The translations under genes and the position numbers were made by a program. From the IMG/VR virus record IMGVR_UViG_3300047552_000028, positions 1 to 24,967 of that record: DNA of 24,967 nt; one strand, given 5' to 3'. Positions 15,637-23,939 of this stretch are shown here, piece by piece. The DNA comes from a virus (taxonomy: Duplodnaviria > Caudoviricetes). Under the pieces are notes generated by a model. That model was given only the letters and a program-made list of their open reading frames with translations. It did not search any database and was not told the origin of the DNA. The number at the start of each line of letters is the position of its first letter. The first letter of the stretch is position 1.

Positions 15637-17163
15637 ATGGCCGCAGGACTTGAACAGCTTGACGCATACGGCGCGTTAGACGATCTCCCTTGGAGTTTGG
15701 ATGACCCCGTATGGGACTTGCTGTTTCCTGCTGAAATTGATGACCAGTGTGGAACTTTCACGTTGGAGATGCTGGATAACTTTGGGACATTGGATTCGCT
15801 TCCATATTCCCTTGATGATGTCTTCTGGCAACAAACAATCTGTACAAAGTTTGGCCAGGGTGTAGCGGCATCAAACGCATTCATTGATGGTTCTGCTGTT
15901 GCAATCTATGCTGGTAATGCCAGTGTTGATACATCTGCAACCGTAGATGGATCTGCAATCCGTACTCGCACAAGCTCTGGCGATATTGCTGGAAACGCTA
16001 GTGTAGATGCTACTGGAACAGCAATCTTTGTTTCTTCTGCAAGCATTACTGGTTCTGCTGAGGTTGATTCAACAGCAATCAGGATTCGCACTTCTTTAGG
16101 CGCTATTGATGCTTACGCAACTGTCACAGCTTATGCAACCGCTATTTGGTCAGATTCAGCAAGCATTGACGCTTCTGCTGGAGTTGACGCAAATGGTATT
16201 CGTGTTCGCACTTCTAGCGGTGACATCAGTGGTTCTGCTGATGTCAGTTCTGACTCTTTACGGATTAGAACGAGCAATGCAGACATTCAGGCGCAAGCAC
16301 AAGTAACTGCGCTTGGTGGTGTTGTTTATAACGGATTTGCTGATGTTCTTGCTGTTGCTAATCTTACTTGTGTTGCAAATGCAATTTTCAGTGCTTATGG
16401 TTCTGTATCTGCACTTGCAACGGTAGATGCTGACGGTACAAAACTTGGTCAGAACTGGTCTGGAACAACTGGTGGAACAGGGACTTATACGCCTGGAACT
16501 GGTGGCACTGGAACATTTACGCCAACAACGCCTGGTACTGGGGAATTCACGCCTGTAACGCCTCCATTCAATGAATGGGGTTCTATTGCTCCTGCTATTG
16601 GTGAGCCGTTCCAAGGTGGCTTCTATGCTGGCGAATATGTCTTGGGTGGTACAACGTACTTCCTTATTGTTGGAGATAAGCAGTATGAGCAGCGAGCCAG
16701 TTATGTGACTGGTGCTTTGTATGGCGTTTCCAATTACCAGTTGTACGTCACAGAGAATGACGGTCTTGAGAATACGAACTGGATTGCTTTCCCAACTCTT
16801 GTCCAAACAAGAGCAAATACAAACAGCTACTTCTACAAGATTCGCCAAAAGAACATTGCAGGAACAACTGATTGGTACTATCCATCAAAGAATGAGATGG
16901 AACTGATTATCAGAAATCTGTATCCAACATCGACAACTGCATCAAGATTTAAGACTGGTGGAACTCAGGCATTGGGCACAAGTAATCCTGACGGATATTG
17001 GACGAGTTCTATCCGGTCAATTTACAATTACCCTGCTGGCCGAAGCTGGTATCTGTGGGCATCTGAAACAAAATATGGTGGCGGAATGTACAGCCCTCCA
17101 TATGGATCAAATAACCAAGAATTTTTGTTCTACTTCAGACCAGTTCGCAGAGTTAAAAAATAA
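15637..17163 (+). CDS. fibre-like virion protein: LD.LP.SLD repeats, ~20-aa Ser/Ala repeats, Thr/Gly/Pro linker, C-terminal DUF1566/C-type-lectin-like domain
   Basis: IG....GG.YAG, DG..NT, DWY.PS..E, YW.SS and RPVRR motifs in the last ~190 aa. Confidence 0.75.
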   Translation: MAAGLEQLDAYGALDDLPWSLDDPVWDLLFPAEIDDQCGTFTLEMLDNFGTLDSLPYSLDDVFWQQTICTKFGQGVAASNAFIDGSAVAIYAGNASVDTSATVDGSAIRTRTSSGDIAGNASVDATGTAIFVSSASITGSAEVDSTAIRIRTSLGAIDAYATVTAYATAIWSDSASIDASAGVDANGIRVRTSSGDISGSADVSSDSLRIRTSNADIQAQAQVTALGGVVYNGFADVLAVANLTCVANAIFSAYGSVSALATVDADGTKLGQNWSGTTGGTGTYTPGTGGTGTFTPTTPGTGEFTPVTPPFNEWGSIAPAIGEPFQGGFYAGEYVLGGTTYFLIVGDKQYEQRASYVTGALYGVSNYQLYVTENDGLENTNWIAFPTLVQTRANTNSYFYKIRQKNIAGTTDWYYPSKNEMELIIRNLYPTSTTASRFKTGGTQALGTSNPDGYWTSSIRSIYNYPAGRSWYLWASETKYGGGMYSPPYGSNNQEFLFYFRPVRRVKK

Positions 17164-17171
17164 GGAAGATC

Positions 17172-18611
17172 ATGGCAACACAACGTATCAACTTTGGTGA
17201 ATGGATGCCAGACCAGCCAGGTCTTTCTGGTGCTTTGGTTGAAGCCAAGAACATTGTTTCTCAGGCTGTTGGTTATGGCCCATTGAACACTGCTGTTGTC
17301 TTCTCTGATGAAGCTAGTGAGAATCTTAAGACTCTTGTTACCGGCAAAGAGCCAGATGGCGACACAAAACTGTTTGCTGCCAGTGATGCAAAGATTTATG
17401 AAGTCTCAGCAATTGGCGCTTTGACTGACGTATCAAAAACTGGTGGATATGCTGGAACAGAGCGATTCCGTTTCACTCAGTTTGGCAATACCATTATTGG
17501 CACAAATTACGATGATGTCTTGCAAAGCTATGTGCTTGGTACATCTACTGAGTTTGATGATTTGTCTGCAAGTGCTCCAGTTGCTAAATACCTAACTGTT
17601 GTCCGTGATTTCGTTGTTGCAGCTTTTATCAATGATGATCCAGATGTGTATCCATCACGTGTTAAATGGTCTGCAATCAACGATGAGACTGACTGGACTG
17701 TGAACGTCAACACTCAGTCTGATTACCAGGATATTCCTGATGGTGGTCAGATTGTTGGAATCCGTGGCGGTGAATTTGGCTTGATTTTCTTGGAAAAGTC
17801 GATCAGTCGGATGTCTTATGTTGGAACTCCTTTCATTTTCCAGTTTGACAACATCAGTCGAAACAAGGGTTGTTCTGCTGCTGGTTCTATCGCACAAGTT
17901 CAAGGAATCTGTTTTTTCCTGAGCGAAGACGGTTTTTATATGTGCGATGGTCAACAGATTCAGGCAATCGGCTCTGAAAAGATTGACCGCTGGTTCTATC
18001 AAAATGCTGATGAATCTCAGTTCAGCAACATGAGCGCATCTGTTGATCCTGTTCGTAAGTTGGTCATTTGGAACTTTGCAACTGTTAATGCAAGCCGTGA
18101 GCTGTTGATCTACAACTTCAAGACACAGAAGTGGACGCATGGCGAGACAACAACTGATTTCATCTCTGATGCCTCAACAGGTTCTGTAACTCTTGAGCAA
18201 TTGGACGACATCAGCGCAAGTCTTGATGGTCTTCCTGCAAGCCTTGATTCGATTCTGTGGATCGGTGGAAAATACTTCCTTGGCGGCACTACTGGTAAGC
18301 AGGTTGTGACGTTTAACGGCCCTCCAGCAAGCGCAAAGATTGTTTCTGGTGACTTGGACTTGGGTGGTCGATCAATCGTCACTTTGGCTCGTCCTCAAGT
18401 GGATGGTGGCTCTGCTGATGTTGCTGTGGCTTCTCGCACATTGTTAAATCAGGACATTAATTTCACGACACCTATTTCGGCTGACGATGAAAACCGTGTT
18501 TCTTTAAGGTCAAATGGTCGATACCATAGGATTGAAGTCCAGCCAACTGGTGATAACTGGAAGACAGCAATTGCAGTAGACGTGGACATTGTTGGACAAG
18601 GCGGTCGCTAA
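17172..18611 (+). CDS. tail nozzle / tail tubular protein B (P22 gp10-like, beta-propeller)
   Basis: AAGGA SD; FGEW.PDQP, F.QFG, V.WS, GC.A..SI, F.LS.DGFY, I...KID.WF; position after the adaptor. Confidence 0.82.
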   Translation: MATQRINFGEWMPDQPGLSGALVEAKNIVSQAVGYGPLNTAVVFSDEASENLKTLVTGKEPDGDTKLFAASDAKIYEVSAIGALTDVSKTGGYAGTERFRFTQFGNTIIGTNYDDVLQSYVLGTSTEFDDLSASAPVAKYLTVVRDFVVAAFINDDPDVYPSRVKWSAINDETDWTVNVNTQSDYQDIPDGGQIVGIRGGEFGLIFLEKSISRMSYVGTPFIFQFDNISRNKGCSAAGSIAQVQGICFFLSEDGFYMCDGQQIQAIGSEKIDRWFYQNADESQFSNMSASVDPVRKLVIWNFATVNASRELLIYNFKTQKWTHGETTTDFISDASTGSVTLEQLDDISASLDGLPASLDSILWIGGKYFLGGTTGKQVVTFNGPPASAKIVSGDLDLGGRSIVTLARPQVDGGSADVAVASRTLLNQDINFTTPISADDENRVSLRSNGRYHRIEVQPTGDNWKTAIAVDVDIVGQGGR

Positions 18612-19402
18612 TGGCAATTATGTTTAGAACATTGCCAACTTTTGGTCACGATCCTCGGAACGTGGCTGAGGTGGTCAATGGCATCATGAATGGCAAGACC
18701 AATAATACTGGAACTGTCACGCTTGCGACTGGTAACGCTACAACGACAACAATCACTGACGAGCGTATCAGCGTAAACAGTAAGATTATTCTGATTCCGT
18801 TTTCTGATGCTGCTGAAGAAGATTCTGCGCCTTATGGTCAGTTTGCAAACAACACAGATCAATCTGCGCCAAGCTCAGGAACTTCAGCCGTTGTTTTATG
18901 GGATGAGACAACAATTGCAAATGGGATGTATTTATCAAACTCTACGCGAATCAATGTAAGAAACGCTGGTGTTTATGATATTTCATTTTCACTTCAATTG
19001 TCAAACTCAACAAATGACCATCAACATGCTGATGTTTGGATTCGAGTGAATGGAACTGATGTTGTTAATTCTGCTCGAAGATTTGGTATCAGCCCAAGAA
19101 AATCAACTGGCGATCCAAGTGCTGTTATTGCGTCAATGAATAAATATCTTGATCTCAATGCTAATGATTACATTGAGATTGCTGGCGCTGTATCTGACGT
19201 TGGCGTAACGCTTGAGCATTTTGCTGCGAGTACAAGCATTCCAAGACCAGCAATTCCAGCTGCAATCATTGATATCCAATATATTGCGCCAATGGCCTAT
19301 TCAAATGTTTACGTAAGTTCACAGGGAAAAGGTAGTGCTATTGTTTCTCACTATGCAAATTCCACTGCTGATAAGACATATGCGTATGTTGTTATTGGCT
19401 AA
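18611..19402 (+). CDS. tail-associated protein with an internal C1q/BclA-like jelly-roll domain
   Basis: TAATG coupling; YG.F...DQ, INV.NAGVY.ISFSLQ, VWIRVNG.DV, L.LNANDYIEI. Confidence 0.72.
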   Translation: MAIMFRTLPTFGHDPRNVAEVVNGIMNGKTNNTGTVTLATGNATTTTITDERISVNSKIILIPFSDAAEEDSAPYGQFANNTDQSAPSSGTSAVVLWDETTIANGMYLSNSTRINVRNAGVYDISFSLQLSNSTNDHQHADVWIRVNGTDVVNSARRFGISPRKSTGDPSAVIASMNKYLDLNANDYIEIAGAVSDVGVTLEHFAASTSIPRPAIPAAIIDIQYIAPMAYSNVYVSSQGKGSAIVSHYANSTADKTYAYVVIG

Positions 19403-19465
19403 ACTGTATATAATCGGTTCCATCGGATCACCCGTCATGGAATCCAAAACTTCAAGGAGTTAATC

Positions 19466-20371
19466 ATGGCGGTTACTACCACCTCAACAATTGATCCAAC
19501 AATCCAGCCGTTCCTTACATATGGCCTGACTGAAGCTCAGAAACTGTATGAAGGCGGTGGCCCTCAGTACTATGGTGGTCAGACTTATGTGAGTCCATCG
19601 CAGACTACACAAACTGGTCTGCAAGCTCTTGAGCAACGTGCAACGCAAGGCAACCCATTGTTGGGTGCTGCTCAAGGTCAAATTCAAGGCACTATTGGTG
19701 GTCAGTATCTGTCTGGCAATCCATTCTTCCAAGGTGCTTTTGCTCCTGCTGCTCAGGCTGCGACAACTCAGTTCCAGAAAGCCATTGGCGACATTTCAAG
19801 CCAAGCGTCTAAGGCTGGTCGTTATGGCTCTGGCGCAATGCAAAACTTGCAAGGCCAAGCATCTAATCAGCTCGCTCAACAACTGAGCAATACGGCTGGT
19901 CAACTGGCTTATCAGAATTACGCTGATGAACGTGCTCGTCAACAGGCTGCAACGATGGCTGCACCTGCAATGGCTCAGGCTGACTATCAAGACATCCAAA
20001 ACCTGTTGACTGCTGGTCAAGCCCGTGAAGGCTACACTGGTCAACAACTGGCCGCTGACATTGCTCGATTCAACTACGGTCAAAATGCGCCTCAGCAGAA
20101 TCTGTCTACATTCTTGTCTAGCGTATACGGTAGTCCAATGGCTAACCTGCGTACTCAGACGCAGACTGGTACGGCTGATACATCTACTCTGCAAAACGTC
20201 TTGGGTACTGCTGCGACATTGGGTGGCTTGTATAAGAACTTGGGTGGCGCTCAAGGTGTTAGCAACCTATGGAATTCTGCAAGTAACTGGCTTGGTGGAT
20301 TTAATCAGCCATCATGGTCTGGTACATCGCTTGATTCATTCTTTGGCGGTACTGGTGGATCGGGAGATTAA
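19466..20371 (+). CDS. DNA ejection / internal virion protein 1 (Gln/Gly/Ala-rich)
   Basis: AAGGAG SD; NP...AG.YGSG motif, low-complexity helical composition; first of three post-tail genes as in P22 gp7/20/16. Confidence 0.72.
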   Translation: MAVTTTSTIDPTIQPFLTYGLTEAQKLYEGGGPQYYGGQTYVSPSQTTQTGLQALEQRATQGNPLLGAAQGQIQGTIGGQYLSGNPFFQGAFAPAAQAATTQFQKAIGDISSQASKAGRYGSGAMQNLQGQASNQLAQQLSNTAGQLAYQNYADERARQQAATMAAPAMAQADYQDIQNLLTAGQAREGYTGQQLAADIARFNYGQNAPQQNLSTFLSSVYGSPMANLRTQTQTGTADTSTLQNVLGTAATLGGLYKNLGGAQGVSNLWNSASNWLGGFNQPSWSGTSLDSFFGGTGGSGD

Positions 20372-20373
20372 AC

Positions 20374-21594
20374 ATGGCTGGACTTCTTGATATTTTTGGT
20401 ACTGGTGGCGCTGAAACGCTTGGTCTGTTGGGCATGAGTCCAGCAGATATCCAGCGTAGCCGTGATGATGCACAAGCTCAAGCCTTGTATGGTTTGGCTA
20501 GTCGTTTGTTCCAAGGTGGCAACACTGGCGCTTCTATCGCTCAAGGTCTTCAGCAAGGCCAACAGTTGTACAAGCAAGCAATGCAAGGTCAACTGCAAGA
20601 GCAACTCCAGAATACTCAGCTTCAAGATATGCTGCGTAAGAAGAAGGAAGAACAACTTGCACAGAAATTGTTTTTGCAAGGCTATCAACCTGCTCAAGCT
20701 GCTGTTCCTGTCCAAGAAGTCTACGGTGAAGACATCATGGGCCAGCGAGTTGGTGAAGGCGTTGTTGGTGCTCAAGCCGCCAAGCCTGCGAAGTTTGATA
20801 TTGCCAGCGTTGCGCCTCAATTGATGGCTTTGGGTGGTACTGGTCAAGCATATCTCAAGAACGCACTTGAGATGCAAAAAGCAATGGGCGGCGAAACCTT
20901 CAAACTTGGTGAAGGTGAGAAACAGTACCAGCGTGATCCTTTGACTGGTGAAGTCAAAGAAGTTGCTACTGGCGCACCAAAGAAAGAAAAAGTTGCCTCT
21001 GATATTGAAAAATATCAATACGCAGTTGCAAACGATGGCTACAAAGGCACATTCACACAATTCTTGTATGACGAGAAACGTGCTGGCGCATCTAATATCA
21101 GCCTTGGCCAAAAGGGTTTTGATAATACTTTGAAATTGCGTACAGATTTCCGTTCTGAGCCAATTTATAAGGCACATCAAGAAGTTATGTCTGCCAATGC
21201 TCAAATTGGCGCTGGTTTGAAAGCCGGTACTCCAGTTGGCGATTTGGCTGCTGCAACAAAGATCATGAAACTTCTTGATCCAGGTTCTGTTGTGCGCGAA
21301 TCTGAATTGGGCATGGCAATGGCTGCAACTGGTCTTCAAGATCGTTTGTCTAGCCTTGCAACCAATGTGATTAACGGTACAAAACTCACTAAAACACAAC
21401 GCGAACAATTCCAAACACTTGCAAATCAATTGTTTGATGAAAGTGCAAAACAATACAACGACAAGCGTTCTGAGTATTCTGGAATTGCAAAGCGAAATCA
21501 GTTGAGTGTTGAGGATGTTGTTGGTTCTGAATCTTTGATGAAAACAAAACCAGCTCAAATCAGTCTTGAGTCACGTTTGGAGAAATACAAATAA
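20374..21594 (+). CDS. DNA ejection / internal virion protein 2, MAGLLD N-terminus
   Basis: Gln-rich helical N-terminus; GD.A....MK.LDPGSVVRESE motif; position. Confidence 0.72.
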   Translation: MAGLLDIFGTGGAETLGLLGMSPADIQRSRDDAQAQALYGLASRLFQGGNTGASIAQGLQQGQQLYKQAMQGQLQEQLQNTQLQDMLRKKKEEQLAQKLFLQGYQPAQAAVPVQEVYGEDIMGQRVGEGVVGAQAAKPAKFDIASVAPQLMALGGTGQAYLKNALEMQKAMGGETFKLGEGEKQYQRDPLTGEVKEVATGAPKKEKVASDIEKYQYAVANDGYKGTFTQFLYDEKRAGASNISLGQKGFDNTLKLRTDFRSEPIYKAHQEVMSANAQIGAGLKAGTPVGDLAAATKIMKLLDPGSVVRESELGMAMAATGLQDRLSSLATNVINGTKLTKTQREQFQTLANQLFDESAKQYNDKRSEYSGIAKRNQLSVEDVVGSESLMKTKPAQISLESRLEKYK

Positions 21595-23252
21595 TGGCTA
21601 CACTTGAACAGCTTGAAAAAGCGTTCATCAAAGCTGATGACGCTGGCAACTTTGAAGATGCAAAGGCATTTGCTGATGAAATCCGCAGAATTCGATCAGA
21701 ATCACCAGCAAAGCAAACCATCTATAAAGAAGACACTGTTTACGATCCAGTAACAGGTGTTCCTCTTTACTCTACTGGTGGTGAAGGTGCTACTGGTAAG
21801 ACTGCTGCTGTTGCAAACCTTCTTGAAAAATTGACGGCTGTCCCAGTTGCTTTTAGTTCTGGCGCATCAAAAGTGATGTCCGGTCTTGGTTCTATGTTGC
21901 CAGGACAAGCTGGTGATTATTTTGCTCAAATGGGTAAACAATCTCAAGGATTGACAACTGGTATTGGGCAAGCAACTGGTAGTAACTTGGCAATTCCTGC
22001 GGCTCAACTTGCAGGTGAGATTACAGCTTCAGCGCCTGCTGGACGCGTTCTTGCTGCTGGCGCTCAAAAAGTGCCAATGCTTGCTCAAAATGCTCCAAAT
22101 CTAATCAATGCAATTCGCGCAAGTGGTGGTGCTGGTGGCAATCTTGCTACCCGTGCGGCTGGTGGTGCTATTGCTGGTGGTGCAAGTGCTGGCGTATTAA
22201 ATCCTGAAGATGCTTTTCTTGGCGCATCTATTGGTGGTGCAATTCCTGTGATTGGTGCTGGTGCATCTAAACTCTTTGGCGCTGCTCCACAAACTGAAGA
22301 CCTTGCTAAAGCAATTACAGCTGCTCGTGAAGCTGGATATGTTATTCCTCCAACTCAAGCTAGTTCTACGCTTTTGAATCGAGCTATTGAAGGCACAGCA
22401 GGAAAACTTAGCACAGCACAAAATGCAAGTGCAAAGAATCAAGTAATCACAAACAAACTTGCGGCTAAGTCGCTTGGATTGTCTGATGACGTTCAGATTA
22501 CGCCAGAAGTTCTTGATAATGTTCGAGCAACTGCTGGACAAGCATACGATGCATTGGCTTCTTTGCCAGTAAAAGAAGGTTCTCGTGCCAGTTCTTTGAT
22601 GAACGTTCCAGAGATTGCAAAAATAGACCCAAAGAAAATGGTCTACGATTTGCGTGTTGCTCGTAATAACTCAAATGCTTATTACAAGAATTATGAAAGA
22701 ACTGCTGATCCAGAAGCTCTGACAAAAGCTAAAGCATTTAAATCTGAGGCAACAAGCCTTGAAAATGCTTTGGAAAATTATGCCAAGTCAATTGGTTATA
22801 ACGATCTTGTTCCTGAATTGCGTAATGCTCGTCAGTTGATCGCAAAAACATATACTGTTGAAAAAGCTCTGAATAAAACAACAGGAACTGTTAACGCTCA
22901 AAAACTTGCTGCTGAACTTGATAAAGGGAAACCTTTGTCTGGTGAATTGAAACAAGTTGCAGAGTTTGCACAACGCTTTAAAACAGCGACAAAACCTGTT
23001 GAAAGCATGGGTAGCTTGCCACAAGTAAGTCCTCTTGATTTTTATGCTGGAGTAGCTGGATTGGGCGCATCTCAGTTTTTGGACAATCCAAAATATGCTG
23101 CATTGGCTGCTGTTCGTCCTAGCATGAGAGCATTAGCTTTGTCTCCTGTTGTACAAAATCGACTTGTTCAACAACCAAAGTCAGTAAATGAATTGCTTGA
23201 GATTTTGCGAATGAGCGCACCAGTGACAGCAACTAGCATTTATCCAGATTGA
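21594..23252 (+). CDS. DNA ejection / internal virion protein 3 (Ala/Gly-rich membrane-inserting segments)
   Basis: TAATG coupling; A...AD.AG...DA...A N-terminus; hydrophobic GGAIAGGA/GASIGGAIP zippers. Confidence 0.72.
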   Translation: MATLEQLEKAFIKADDAGNFEDAKAFADEIRRIRSESPAKQTIYKEDTVYDPVTGVPLYSTGGEGATGKTAAVANLLEKLTAVPVAFSSGASKVMSGLGSMLPGQAGDYFAQMGKQSQGLTTGIGQATGSNLAIPAAQLAGEITASAPAGRVLAAGAQKVPMLAQNAPNLINAIRASGGAGGNLATRAAGGAIAGGASAGVLNPEDAFLGASIGGAIPVIGAGASKLFGAAPQTEDLAKAITAAREAGYVIPPTQASSTLLNRAIEGTAGKLSTAQNASAKNQVITNKLAAKSLGLSDDVQITPEVLDNVRATAGQAYDALASLPVKEGSRASSLMNVPEIAKIDPKKMVYDLRVARNNSNAYYKNYERTADPEALTKAKAFKSEATSLENALENYAKSIGYNDLVPELRNARQLIAKTYTVEKALNKTTGTVNAQKLAAELDKGKPLSGELKQVAEFAQRFKTATKPVESMGSLPQVSPLDFYAGVAGLGASQFLDNPKYAALAAVRPSMRALALSPVVQNRLVQQPKSVNELLEILRMSAPVTATSIYPD

Positions 23253-23259
23253 TTTTTTA

Positions 23260-23748
23260 TTATGTGAATCTTGCAAAATTGCCGTGCAACTCAAGTGCGG
23301 CTTTTTTGTAGGCTTCATGTGCTGCTTCAGGAGTATCAAAACAACCAAGATGAATTGACTTGTAATTTACTGTGATTGATGCGTTGTAATTCTTGTTTAT
23401 CTTGTTATATACAACTCCCTTAAATCCTGTTGTATTACTTGATCTTAGTTTTGTATTTCTGTTGTTTTGTGCGTTGTTTGCTTCTCTAAGATTTTCAATC
23501 AAATTGTTAGACCTGTTTCCGTCAATGTGATCTATCTGCTCAGGCCATCTACCATGAATCATCATAAAAATTACTCGATGAGCGTAGAGGTTTTTTTTGT
23601 TAAGTGTTATCTCTTGATAACCGTTGCTTTTTTTAAGTCTGTTGGCTTGTTTTCCTTGAAGTTTGTTTCCTCTGCGATCAACTTTCCAAAACAAGTTACC
23701 TTCTCTGTATTCAAAGACTTCGAGCAAAAGTTGTTGAGTAATTTCCAT
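23260..23748 (-). CDS. HNH homing endonuclease with C-terminal AP2 domain, 162 aa (start revised from 23799)
   Basis: AHRVIF...G.WP..IDHIDGNRSNN...NLR (HNH); N.TG.KGV...I.LG.F.T.E.A..AY (AP2); GGTGG SD before ATG 23748. Confidence 0.92.
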   Translation of the reverse strand: MEITQQLLLEVFEYREGNLFWKVDRRGNKLQGKQANRLKKSNGYQEITLNKKNLYAHRVIFMMIHGRWPEQIDHIDGNRSNNLIENLREANNAQNNRNTKLRSSNTTGFKGVVYNKINKNYNASITVNYKSIHLGCFDTPEAAHEAYKKAALELHGNFARFT

Positions 23749-23757
23749 AAATCCACC

Positions 23758-23857
23758 AAAGAAAAACCCCTTGGGCATCCGCAGTACCAGTGCGAACATC
23801 CAAGGGGTAGCCAGTGGCTTAGAACTTTAAAGGTCTGGTACACCCAAGGTCTAAGCC
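23758..23857 (-). ncRNA. structured leader RNA: two hairpins with complementary 7-nt loops; the second is terminator-like
   Basis: Minus strand GGCTTAGA..GGT-GTACCAG-ACC..TCTAAGCC, then CCCCTTGG-ATGTTCGCA-CTGGTAC-TGCGGATGC-CCAAGGGG-TTTTTCTTT. Confidence 0.72.
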
Positions 23858-23864
23858 TGAGATC

Positions 23865-23910
23865 ATTATTGCACAAAAAAATTTGCAATACAACGTCCAT
23901 GACGTAAAAT
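23865..23910. promoter_or_regulatory. overlapping divergent sigma70-like promoters
   Basis: Minus: TTGTAT(23893-23888)-N17-AATAAT(23870-23865) with TGn extension. Plus: TTGCAA(23883)-N16-TAAAAT(23905). Confidence 0.6.
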
Positions 23911-23939
23911 CATGGAAAACCCCTATCAAGGAGCTATAA

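Noticed and set aside
20368-21558. 396-aa minus-strand ORF opposite ejection protein 2
   Set aside because: Shadow frame rich in Leu/Phe/Cys, as produced by reverse-complemented Gln/Lys/Ala codons; no expression signals.
23749-23799. Listed upstream start of the HNH gene (MFALVLRMPKGFFFGGF)
   Set aside because: It falls inside the terminator-like hairpin without an SD; ATG 23748 has a GGTGG SD and gives a typical HNH-AP2 N-terminus.
23758-23860. tRNA or self-splicing intron around the HNH gene
   Set aside because: No cloverleaf or T-loop consensus. Flanking genes are complete and on the opposite strand, so no exon is interrupted.
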